The notes beneath the pieces were generated by a model, which ran no database searches, was not told where the DNA came from, and saw only the letters and a program-made list of their open reading frames with translations. Both the position numbers and the translations under genes were made by a program. Shown one piece after another: positions 15,938 through 23,591 of a DNA stretch of 25,733 nucleotides. The number at the start of each line of letters is the position of its first letter. Position 1 is the first letter of the stretch. Source of the DNA: a virus (lineage: Duplodnaviria; Heunggongvirae; Uroviricota; Caudoviricetes); IMG/VR virus record IMGVR_UViG_2585427772_000005, positions 1-25,733 of that record. One strand, given 5' to 3'.

Positions 15938-16987
15938 ATGCTTAATACTGTAAAAATATCCAGTTGTGAGTTAATCAACGCCGACTGCCTGGAATTTATC
16001 CGGTCGTTACCCGAAAATTCTGTTGACCTGATAGTCACGGACCCGCCGTACTTTAAAGTGAAGCCTGAGGGCTGGGATAACCAGTGGAAGGGCGACGATG
16101 ATTACCTGAAGTGGCTGGACCAGTGTCTGGCGCAGTTCTGGCGGGTGCTGAAACCTGTCGGAAGTCTTTACCTGTTCTGTGGTCATCGCCTGGCATCTGA
16201 TATCGAAATCATGATGCGTGAACGCTTCAGTGTGCTGAACCATATTATCTGGGCGAAGCCGTCCGGACGCTGGAACGGATGCAACAAGGAAAGCCTGCGG
16301 GCGTATTTCCCCGCCACAGAGCGCATTCTGTTCGCGGAACATTATCAGGGGCCGTATCGTCCGAAAGATGCCGGGTATGCGGCGAAGGGCAGTGCACTGA
16401 AACAGCATGTGATGGCCCCGCTGATTTCTTACTTTCGTGATGCGCGCGCGGCCCTGGGGATAACGGCAAAACAGATTGCAGATGCCACAGGAAAGAAAAA
16501 CATGGTGTCGCACTGGTTCAGTGCCAGTCAGTGGCAGCTACCGAACGAAAGCGATTATCTGAAATTACAGTCGCTGTTTGCCCGGGTGGCAGAAGAGAAA
16601 CATCAGCGCGGTGAACTGGAAAAGCCCCACCACCAGCTGGTGGATACGTATACGTCACTGAACCGGCAGTATGTGGAGCTGCAGAGTGAATATAAGCATC
16701 TGCGGCGGTATTTTGGTGTGACGGCGCAGGTGCCGTACACGGATGTGTGGACACATAAACCGGTGCAGTTCTATCCCGGGAAACATCCGTGCGAAAAACC
16801 GGCAGAAATGCTGCAGCAGATAATCAGCGCAAGCAGTCGTCCGGGTGACCTGGTTGCAGATTTTTTTATGGGCTCAGGTTCAACGGTAAAAGCTGCACTG
16901 GCGCTCGGGCGTCGTGCGATTGGCGTTGAACTGGAGACCGGACGTTTTGAGCAGACAGTCAGGGAAGTTCAGGATTTAATCGTTTGA
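15938..16987 (+). CDS. Orphan DNA methyltransferase (probably N6-adenine; DPPY motif IV N-terminal to FxGxG motif I)
   Basis: 349-aa ORF. DLIVTDPPYF near the N-terminus and DFFMGSGSTVKAA near the C-terminus. No restriction-endonuclease-like partner ORF is adjacent. Confidence 0.85.
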   Translation: MLNTVKISSCELINADCLEFIRSLPENSVDLIVTDPPYFKVKPEGWDNQWKGDDDYLKWLDQCLAQFWRVLKPVGSLYLFCGHRLASDIEIMMRERFSVLNHIIWAKPSGRWNGCNKESLRAYFPATERILFAEHYQGPYRPKDAGYAAKGSALKQHVMAPLISYFRDARAALGITAKQIADATGKKNMVSHWFSASQWQLPNESDYLKLQSLFARVAEEKHQRGELEKPHHQLVDTYTSLNRQYVELQSEYKHLRRYFGVTAQVPYTDVWTHKPVQFYPGKHPCEKPAEMLQQIISASSRPGDLVADFFMGSGSTVKAALALGRRAIGVELETGRFEQTVREVQDLIV

Positions 16988-17036
16988 AACGGATGAGATT
17001 GCAGAATTAATTACGCACCATTATTATTCTGCTTCC

Positions 17037-17112
17037 GGCCCTTTAGCTCAGTGGTGAGAGCGAGCGACTCATAATCGCCAGGTCGCTGGTTCAAATCCAG
17101 CAAGGGCCACCA
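17037..17112 (+). tRNA. tRNA with CAU anticodon, most likely tRNA-Ile2 (lysidine-modified, reads AUA)
   Basis: Cloverleaf read by hand: acceptor GGCCCTT/AAGGGCC, D-arm GCTC..GAGC, anticodon loop CTCATAA, T-arm GCTGG-TTCAAAT-CCAGC, encoded CCA. Closely resembles E. coli tRNA-Ile2 as recalled. Confidence 0.85.
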
Positions 17113-17212
17113 TCACAAACCGCCATTAGCTTATCAGGAAGAGCAGACGACACGATAACAGGGTTGTTGGTGCGGGGGCGGGTCCCCGATGACGGTCCAT
17201 TATCGGTATTCA

Positions 17213-17289
17213 GCGTTGTTAGCTCAGCCGGACAGAGCAATTGCCTTCTAAGCAATCGGTCACTGGTTCGAATCCAGTACAGCGCGCCA
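17213..17289 (+). tRNA. tRNA-Arg (anticodon UCU, reads AGA/AGG)
   Basis: Cloverleaf: acceptor GCGTTGT/ACAGCGC with one G-U pair, anticodon stem ATTGC/GCAAT, loop CTTCTAA, T-arm ACTGG-TTCGAAT-CCAGT, encoded CCA. Confidence 0.9.
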
Positions 17290-17396
17290 TATTCATTCTT
17301 CCAGATTCCTTTCGGCAGAGCCTTATACTGAAATATACCTGGCTCAGGATATTGTTGAAAATATTATATGTTTGTCAAAAATAAAAGTTCTGTTAA

Positions 17397-17753
17397 GTGT
17401 TGATTGAGTGTTTGTTATACGGTCTAATGGTTTTTTCAGCATTAAATATTTATCATTCATATGGTGTGGGTAGAGTGAATATTGATGAGGCGTCGGGGTG
17501 TTTCATCCTTAGGCAGCGTATTGATATAGTCAATGCAGAACGAGCAAAGGCCTTCAGCCGTTTGACAGTTTTGTTCTGTACTCCTGATCGTCTTTCGGGA
17601 AGAGACGTTATTATTCTGAATAGTGATGCTATACAGAGGGTTTGCGATGAGTTCATGGTGGCTAATTCAGAATTATTTGCTCTTGTTCAGGAGTACAACA
17701 GAATAGCCAGGACCTGTGGTATGGATGAACTTCGGATTACTCATCTGGGGTAG
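17397..17753 (+). CDS. Hypothetical cargo ORF, up to 118 aa; start uncertain
   Basis: Open frame in the AT-rich segment. No convincing SD before either the GTG at 17397 or the ATG at 17427. Composition is protein-like. Confidence 0.3.
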   Translation: MLIECLLYGLMVFSALNIYHSYGVGRVNIDEASGCFILRQRIDIVNAERAKAFSRLTVLFCTPDRLSGRDVIILNSDAIQRVCDEFMVANSELFALVQEYNRIARTCGMDELRITHLG

Positions 17754-18144
17754 ATACATATCTGGATTATCACCGGTTACGGTAAAAAGTGATTGCTTAC
17801 TGTTTTTGTGAATGGCATTGCAGCAGCCGGATAATGTCAGTGCTGGCTGACGGTGTGCTGGTGGCGGGGGTGGTGGTTGCTGCTTTCCCGTTGCTGAAAA
17901 AGAAAACGCCAGACTGTTAGCCGGGTATCAGTTAGCGGGAGAAATTTTTAAATACTTCACAATTCAGGCGGTTGACTGTTGTCTGGTTTGCGGGGAGTTT
18001 GTTAAAAGAAACTGGCATGGTGAATCCCCCTGTGCGGAGGGGCAATCAGCGAGTAGGTATATGGGATAATCGCGGATTCAGGTGCTGGTACTGAATTCAC
18101 CGGGAGGCACCCGGCACCATGCAATGGCACATAGCGCCACTCTC

Positions 18145-18178
18145 CAGCCCCTCTCCGGAGGGGCTGTTTATATTGATT
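18145..18178 (+). terminator. Strong rho-independent terminator
   Basis: 9-bp perfect GC-rich stem CAGCCCCTC / GAGGGGCTG with loop TCCG, followed by TTTATATTGATTTT. It lies 23 nt beyond the 3' end of the minus-strand ORF 18201..18536. Confidence 0.65.
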
Positions 18179-18200
18179 TTGTCAGATGTGAGTAAACTCC

Positions 18201-18536
18201 TTATGGACTTTGTTGTTTTAGCCCATAAGGACATATTTGCAGAGTGCAACGGTTATTAAAGCATTCATTCAATACGTTATCTGTATTTGTAGGGCATTCC
18301 TGGCTGTTTTTGATTAAATTCCAGAATGTTTTATTGAATGGTACTACGTTGTAAATGGTTACAGGCAGCACTTTGTTATTGAGCATGATGCCTGTGTGAG
18401 TCAGTGTAAATATACTTTCAGGAGGTAAGAAAGCATCCGATTGATACCAGATTATTAATTTTATTTTACTCCATATGACTGAAAAAGATATTCCGCATGA
18501 TGGCTGGATAACTGTATCAATCACAATCCACTTCAT
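18201..18536 (-). CDS. Hypothetical AT-rich cargo protein, 111 aa, on the opposite strand to the late operon
   Basis: AAGGAA 6 nt upstream of the ATG at 18536. Cys-containing C-terminus ([16 protein letters not shown]). A 245-bp AT-rich promoter-like region lies upstream. I recognise no family. Confidence 0.5.
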   Translation of the reverse strand: MKWIVIDTVIQPSCGISFSVIWSKIKLIIWYQSDAFLPPESIFTLTHTGIMLNNKVLPVTIYNVVPFNKTFWNLIKNSQECPTNTDNVLNECFNNRCTLQICPYGLKQQSP

Positions 18537-18781
18537 TTAGTTTCCTTGTTTATGCCTTGCTGGTGATGTTCTGAAAAGTATAAATGATATTTTTGATTGT
18601 AAACCATAGAGCAGAATTATTTTTCTGATGTTGTTTATTGTTTATTTAAATGCAGGGTGGTTTATATCTCGTCTTGTAGTTTATCCATGCATATCTGCTT
18701 GATGATGAGGTTTTTAATTAAGGTATGGTTTTGTGTTTTTTCTGTATTACATGTCAGGTATTTTAAAGAATCATTTTTCAG

Positions 18782-20647
18782 ATGGTGGAAAGAACCATGG
18801 CATTTAAACACTATGATGTTGTCAGGGCGGCGTCGCCGTCAGATCTTGCGGAAAAGCTGACACATAAACTGAAAGAGGGCTGGCAGCCGTTTGGTAGTCC
18901 GGTGGCCATAACCCCTTATACCCTGATGCAGGCGATTGCAGCAGAAGGTGATGTGGTCGTCAGTGGTGCAACTGAGCCGGAGTGGTACTACGTCATCGTA
19001 CTGGCCGGGCAGTCCAATGCCATGGCTTACGGTGAAGGGCTTCCGCTTCCGGATTCATACGATGCGCCCCATCCGCGCATTAAGCAACTGGCCCGTCGTA
19101 ACACAGTGACTCCCGGTGGTGAAGTATGCGTATTTAACGACATCATTCCTGCTGACCATTGTCTGCATGATGTTCAGGATATGAGTACGATTAACCATCC
19201 CCGGGCTGACCTGAGCAAAGGGCAGTACGGCTGTGTCGGACAGGGCTTACATATTGCCAAAAAACTGCTTCCGTATATCCCTAATAACGCGGGGATCCTG
19301 CTGGTACCATGCTGTCGTGGTGGTTCGGCATTCACCCAGGGCACGGAGGGGACATTCAGCGAGTCCACGGGGGCCAGTCAGGATTCGGCTCGCTGGGGAG
19401 TGGGTAAGCCGTTATATCAGGATCTGCTTTTCCGCACGAAGGCAGCATTGCAGAAAAACCCGAAAAACGTTTTGCTGGCGATATGCTGGATGCAGGGGGA
19501 ATTCGATATGACGAATGCCAGTTACGCCCAGCAGCCAGCAGCATTTCTTGCAATGGTACAGCAGTTCCGTGCTGACCTTGCCGGGCTGGCGGCGCAGTGT
19601 CACGGTGGAAGTCCGGCATCAGTCCCCTGGATTTGTGGCGACACGACATACGCGTGGAAACAAGAACACGGTACGCAATATGAAGTGGTATATGGTGCAT
19701 ATAAAGGTAAAGAATCCCAGCAGATTTATTTTGTTCCCTTTATGACCGATGGTAGCGGAGTTAATACACCGACAAACAACCCGTCAGAAGATCCTGATAT
19801 TGTCGGGTCTGGTTATTACGGTTCGGCATCCCGAACGAACAAAAACTGGGTATCATCAAATCGCCCGACGCATTTCAGCTCATGGGCGCGTCGTGGCATT
19901 ATTCCCGATCGTATGGCAACCGCTATTCTGAACGCAGCCGGGCGCACCTCAGCCTTCATCAGTGGTAAGGCACCGGAAATCAAACCCTCGCCCGGCGGCG
20001 ACACGCCATCGGGTCCGTCTGCAGATACGTCCGTTCGCACAATCTCCCTGCTGCCGACAGCCGGAGAGGCTGCTGCGCAGGGCTGGAGCATTAAGAATGG
20101 CGGAATTCAGTTGTCAGATGGTGTATTTAAGATCACCAAGCAGAGCAATAAAGCCTGGTCCCTGACGCGCCCGGTGGATGACGCAGTCTCCCTGCTGACA
20201 CGGGGTGGCAGACTGAGCTGTAAGTTTCGACTGTCAGGCGCACTGACCAACAACCAGTTCGGTCTGGGAATTTATCTGTATACCGATGTAGCGTTACCTG
20301 ACGTCGTGGCGATGACCGGGACTGGTAACCCGTTCCTGATGTCGTTCTTCACCCAGACCACAGACGGCAAACTGAATCTGATGCATCACAAGAAAGCCGG
20401 AAACACAAAGTTGGGCGAGTTCGGGAATTACAGTAACGACTGGCAGACGCTGGAGCTGGTGTTCACCGCCGGCAGTGCCACGGTTACTCCGAAACTGAAT
20501 GGAGTGGCTGGCCCGGCATTCCAGGTCATAAAAGACAGTCTGACACTGGGGCTGAATGCGCTGACGTTAACTGATATCACTAAAAATGCCGCGTACGGCG
20601 TCGATATCGGCAGCCTGGTGCTGGAAATCAATAATCCCGCAGCATAA
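18782..20647 (+). CDS. NanS-p-like sialate O-acetylesterase (DUF1737 N-domain, SASA/SGNH esterase domain, C-terminal lectin-like domain)
   Basis: 621-aa ORF. VIVLAGQSNAMAYGEG is the SGNH/SASA catalytic-serine motif. Same architecture and position (after the tRNAs) as the nanS-p/yjhS-like genes of Stx phages. The alternative start at 18797 (MAFKHYDV) has a modest SD. Confidence 0.8.
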   Translation: MVERTMAFKHYDVVRAASPSDLAEKLTHKLKEGWQPFGSPVAITPYTLMQAIAAEGDVVVSGATEPEWYYVIVLAGQSNAMAYGEGLPLPDSYDAPHPRIKQLARRNTVTPGGEVCVFNDIIPADHCLHDVQDMSTINHPRADLSKGQYGCVGQGLHIAKKLLPYIPNNAGILLVPCCRGGSAFTQGTEGTFSESTGASQDSARWGVGKPLYQDLLFRTKAALQKNPKNVLLAICWMQGEFDMTNASYAQQPAAFLAMVQQFRADLAGLAAQCHGGSPASVPWICGDTTYAWKQEHGTQYEVVYGAYKGKESQQIYFVPFMTDGSGVNTPTNNPSEDPDIVGSGYYGSASRTNKNWVSSNRPTHFSSWARRGIIPDRMATAILNAAGRTSAFISGKAPEIKPSPGGDTPSGPSADTSVRTISLLPTAGEAAAQGWSIKNGGIQLSDGVFKITKQSNKAWSLTRPVDDAVSLLTRGGRLSCKFRLSGALTNNQFGLGIYLYTDVALPDVVAMTGTGNPFLMSFFTQTTDGKLNLMHHKKAGNTKLGEFGNYSNDWQTLELVFTAGSATVTPKLNGVAGPAFQVIKDSLTLGLNALTLTDITKNAAYGVDIGSLVLEINNPAA

Positions 20648-20670
20648 GGAAGAGCAGGAGAGCAAAACAG

Positions 20671-21138
20671 ATGCTTAAGACAAACAGTCTGCGAGAGTCC
20701 ATGCTTCATGGGTGTCGGTGGTGCCAGGCTAATCCCGAGAAATTCACCATTTTCGTGGAGAGCGGCAACATTGAAACGACCGGAGAAGCGCCCTCGTTTG
20801 TTTACCGCTATCAGATGGTGATGTTTGTCATGGATTACGCCGGAGAGCTGGACGACCTCACGCTGCCGCTGCTGGCGTGGTTATCCGAAAATCAGCCACA
20901 GTTGTTGCTCAATCCGGAGCGTAATCAGGACATCAAATTTTCTGCCGTTATCAATGACGATGACAGCGCCGATCTCCTGTTTACGCTCCCCCTGCGGGAA
21001 CGCGTTCGCATCACGCGCAACAGTCAGGGCACACCGCAGGCAGAACACCTGCCGGAGCCAAAACCCCGTCTGCCCTCTTCCGAAGGCGACTGGTCGCATG
21101 TATTCCAGGATGTGACGTGGGGTGAAAGCGATGGATAA
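20671..21138 (+). CDS. P2 gpR-like tail completion protein
   Basis: 155-aa ORF with AGGAG upstream. Similar in length and sequence to P2 R as recalled (LPLLAWLSENQP against P2 VPVLAWLRENQP). Confidence 0.75.
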   Translation: MLKTNSLRESMLHGCRWCQANPEKFTIFVESGNIETTGEAPSFVYRYQMVMFVMDYAGELDDLTLPLLAWLSENQPQLLLNPERNQDIKFSAVINDDDSADLLFTLPLRERVRITRNSQGTPQAEHLPEPKPRLPSSEGDWSHVFQDVTWGESDG

Positions 21139-21766
21139 GGCATTCACCAGCGTGGATGAAACCTTTGAGGCTATCCGCGACAGCCTGAATCAGCAGGCCA
21201 TCAATAACATCGCCAGAAAGCTGGCACAGGATTTACGTCGCGCCCAGCAGGCACGTATCCGATCACAAAAAGCGCCGGACGGGACCGAATGGACACCACG
21301 CAGACGCCGCGTAACCCGGATACAGGAGCGCATTCGCTTTATCTGGAATAACGAAGCACGCACGCTGAAAAACTGGCATCACGACACGGGGAAATACGGG
21401 CGAACCATTACCGGGTGGGATGAGGATAAAAACAATATCCGCACGTTTTACCGGGATGACATCGACCGTTTTCTGGAAATACGCACCCGGCGCATCAACC
21501 AGGACAGCACAAAGCGCGTCCCCATGTTCGTAAAACTGCGCACCGCCCGCTACCTGAAAGCCCGTGCAGATGCCTCCGGTGTGACGGTGGGTTACAGCGG
21601 CGTGGCCGCACGTATTGCACGCGTTCATCAGTTCGGTGAGCGCGATCAGGTTGCGCCGGGCATTTTCACCGATTACCCGGTACGTGAGCTGTTGGGTATC
21701 AGCCAGGCAGATGAGCGCCTGATTTATAACACGGTGCTGGGCCGGATTGCGGAGGCTGTACGGTGA
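21131..21766 (+). CDS. P2 gpS-like tail completion / virion morphogenesis protein
   Basis: ATG overlaps the R stop (ATGGATAA). Position between R and V and family resemblance; longer than P2 S. Confidence 0.65.
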   Translation: MDKAFTSVDETFEAIRDSLNQQAINNIARKLAQDLRRAQQARIRSQKAPDGTEWTPRRRRVTRIQERIRFIWNNEARTLKNWHHDTGKYGRTITGWDEDKNNIRTFYRDDIDRFLEIRTRRINQDSTKRVPMFVKLRTARYLKARADASGVTVGYSGVAARIARVHQFGERDQVAPGIFTDYPVRELLGISQADERLIYNTVLGRIAEAVR

Positions 21767-22344
21767 GCGCAGAACTCATGCGACTGCTGAGCAACATCAT
21801 CCGCACCGGGATCATCTCTGAAGTTGATGAGAAGTCCTGGCGCGTGCGCGTTCGCAGCGGCGAACTGGAAACAGGCTGGTTGCGCTGGAACACCACGCGC
21901 GCGGGAGCCTTCAATGTGTGGCTGCCGCCATCACCAGGCGAACAGGTGGTAATTGCCTGCATTGGCGGCAACCCGGAAACCGCCATGATAATTGGCAGCC
22001 TGTGGAGTGATGCCAGTCCGGCCCCCGGCAAAAGCCTGAAAGAAATCGTGGTCAGCGCGCCGGATGGCGCGGTGTTCCGCTACGACGCAGACGCTGGCGC
22101 ACTGAGCGCCAGCGGCATGAAAACAGCCACCCTGCAGGCATCCGTCAGCGTGACACTGGATACGCCCGTCGTGGAATGCACAAACCTTCTGAGAACAGCG
22201 ACGCTTGACGTCACAAAAGGGGGAAAGATGAGCGGCAATATCACGCACAGCGGCGGCAACTTCACCTCAAACGGCATCACAGTGCATACGCATAAACACG
22301 GTGGTGTGAAAGGCGGCAGCGATTCGACAGGAGGCCCGCAGTGA
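21763..22344 (+). CDS. Baseplate assembly protein V (P2 gpV-like spike)
   Basis: Strong similarity to P2 V across the length (IRTGII ... GEQVVIACIGG ... PDGAVFRYD ... TLDTPVVECTN ... KGGKMSGNITHSGG ... HTHKHGG). GTG start overlaps the S stop. Confidence 0.85.
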   Translation: MSAELMRLLSNIIRTGIISEVDEKSWRVRVRSGELETGWLRWNTTRAGAFNVWLPPSPGEQVVIACIGGNPETAMIIGSLWSDASPAPGKSLKEIVVSAPDGAVFRYDADAGALSASGMKTATLQASVSVTLDTPVVECTNLLRTATLDVTKGGKMSGNITHSGGNFTSNGITVHTHKHGGVKGGSDSTGGPQ

Positions 22345-22691
22345 CAACCCGCTACACAGGAATGAATCCGGACGGGACGGGAAACCTGAATGATATGGAG
22401 CACCTGAAACAGTCAGCCAGGGACATCCTGACCACCCCGCTGGCCAGCCGGGTTATGCGACGGGAATATGGCAGCCTTGTACCTGATTTGATTGACGAAC
22501 CCATGAATAACACCACGCGTCTGCAATGCATGAGTGCTGCCGTGATTGCGCTGACACGATGGGAACCCCGCATTGCCCTGGACGCCATCGACGTTGTCTG
22601 GAAAGCGGGAGGCCGCGCCGGGGTGACGCTGTCGGGCACTGTCATGCAGACCATGCAGAATGTTGAGTTAACCATCACGCTGAGGGAGTAA
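22341..22691 (+). CDS. Baseplate assembly protein W (P2 gpW, gp25-like)
   Basis: VTTRYTGMN ... RVMRREYGSL ... WEPRIAL against P2 W MTARYLGMN ... RVMRRDYGSL ... WEPRVTL. GTGA overlap with V. Confidence 0.85.
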   Translation: MTTRYTGMNPDGTGNLNDMEHLKQSARDILTTPLASRVMRREYGSLVPDLIDEPMNNTTRLQCMSAAVIALTRWEPRIALDAIDVVWKAGGRAGVTLSGTVMQTMQNVELTITLRE

Positions 22692-22694
22692 ATC

Positions 22695-23591
22695 ATGCCT
22701 GCTGTTGACCTTTCCCAGTTACCGGAACCCGCCATCATCGCGAAGCCTGATTTTGAGGCAATTCTGGCTGACACAAAGGCCATGATGATTGCGTCCTATC
22801 CTGCCGAACAGCGTGAAGCCGTCTCCGCCGCGCTGGAGCTGGAATCGGAACCCCTGAACGTTATCGCCCAGACAACAGCGTTTCGTGAAATGCTGTTACG
22901 CCAGCGGGTCAATGAGGGTGCACGCGCCTGCATGTTAAGCCACAGCGCCGGGACAGACCTGGACAACCTCGCGGGCAATATGAACACAAAGCGCCTGGTT
23001 ATCACTCCGGCAACGGATACCACCGACGCGGTGATGGAAAGCGACACATCGCTGAGACTGCGGGCGCAACGGGCGTATGACGGTCTGAGTGTTGCTGGCC
23101 CGTCAGGCGCATACGAGTATTTTGCACGCAGCGCCAGCGGTCTGGTACGCGACGCGCGAGCCATCAGCCCGTCTCCGGCCAACGTGACGGTTTCCATCCT
23201 GTCCACTGAAGGCGACGGCACAGCAACGGAGGCGTTGCTTAATACCGTTCGCGCCGTTCTGAATGCAGAGGATACCCGCCCGGTGGCCGACCGCCTGACC
23301 GTACAGAGCGCCAGAATCGTGACATGGCGGCTGAATGCAAAACTGTACTTTTACCCCGGCCCGGAATCCGAACCTATTCTGGCCGCGGCTGAATCGTCGT
23401 TCAGGAAGTGGCTGGCTGAGCAGGGGCTTATCGGTCAGGACGTGGCGTTGTCCGCCATTGCTGCCGCACTGCATGTGCACGGTGTGCAACGCGTGGAGAT
23501 AATCGAACCCACACAGAATATGGCCATCAGCGACATACAGGCGGCGCGCTGTGAGTCATTCACCATCAGCGAAGGTGGACGCAATGAGTAA
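22695..23591 (+). CDS. Baseplate assembly protein J (P2 gpJ)
   Basis: Near-collinear similarity to P2 J (LPEPAIIAKPDFE ... RQRVNE ... DGLSVAG ... YEYFARSA ... RPVADRLTVQSA ... YPGPESEPI ... LHVHGVQRVE). GGGAG upstream. Confidence 0.9.
   Translation: MPAVDLSQLPEPAIIAKPDFEAILADTKAMMIASYPAEQREAVSAALELESEPLNVIAQTTAFREMLLRQRVNEGARACMLSHSAGTDLDNLAGNMNTKRLVITPATDTTDAVMESDTSLRLRAQRAYDGLSVAGPSGAYEYFARSASGLVRDARAISPSPANVTVSILSTEGDGTATEALLNTVRAVLNAEDTRPVADRLTVQSARIVTWRLNAKLYFYPGPESEPILAAAESSFRKWLAEQGLIGQDVALSAIAAALHVHGVQRVEIIEPTQNMAISDIQAARCESFTISEGGRNE

Noticed and set aside
16007-16754. Minus-strand ORFs inside the methyltransferase gene (16007..16513, 16245..16469, 16518..16754)
   Set aside because: Antisense to an ORF carrying both methyltransferase catalytic motifs.
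17113-17212. Possible third (degenerate) tRNA between the two tRNA genes, by analogy with the three-tRNA cluster of Stx phages
   Set aside because: No acceptor stem complementarity and no GTTCGAATC-like T-loop could be found by eye; only a short CGGGG/CCCCG hairpin.
17300-18780. Shiga-toxin genes (stxA/stxB) at the canonical position between the tRNAs and nanS-p
   Set aside because: No ORF of appropriate size (about 315 aa and 89 aa, with signal peptides) is present; the region holds only short AT-rich ORFs and a structured ORF-free segment.
19174-20709. Multiple ORFs on both strands within the esterase gene (e.g. 19233..19511, 19356..19700, 19816..20091, 20428..20709)
   Set aside because: Contained in or antisense to the 621-aa ORF with the SGNH motif; GC-rich shadow frames.
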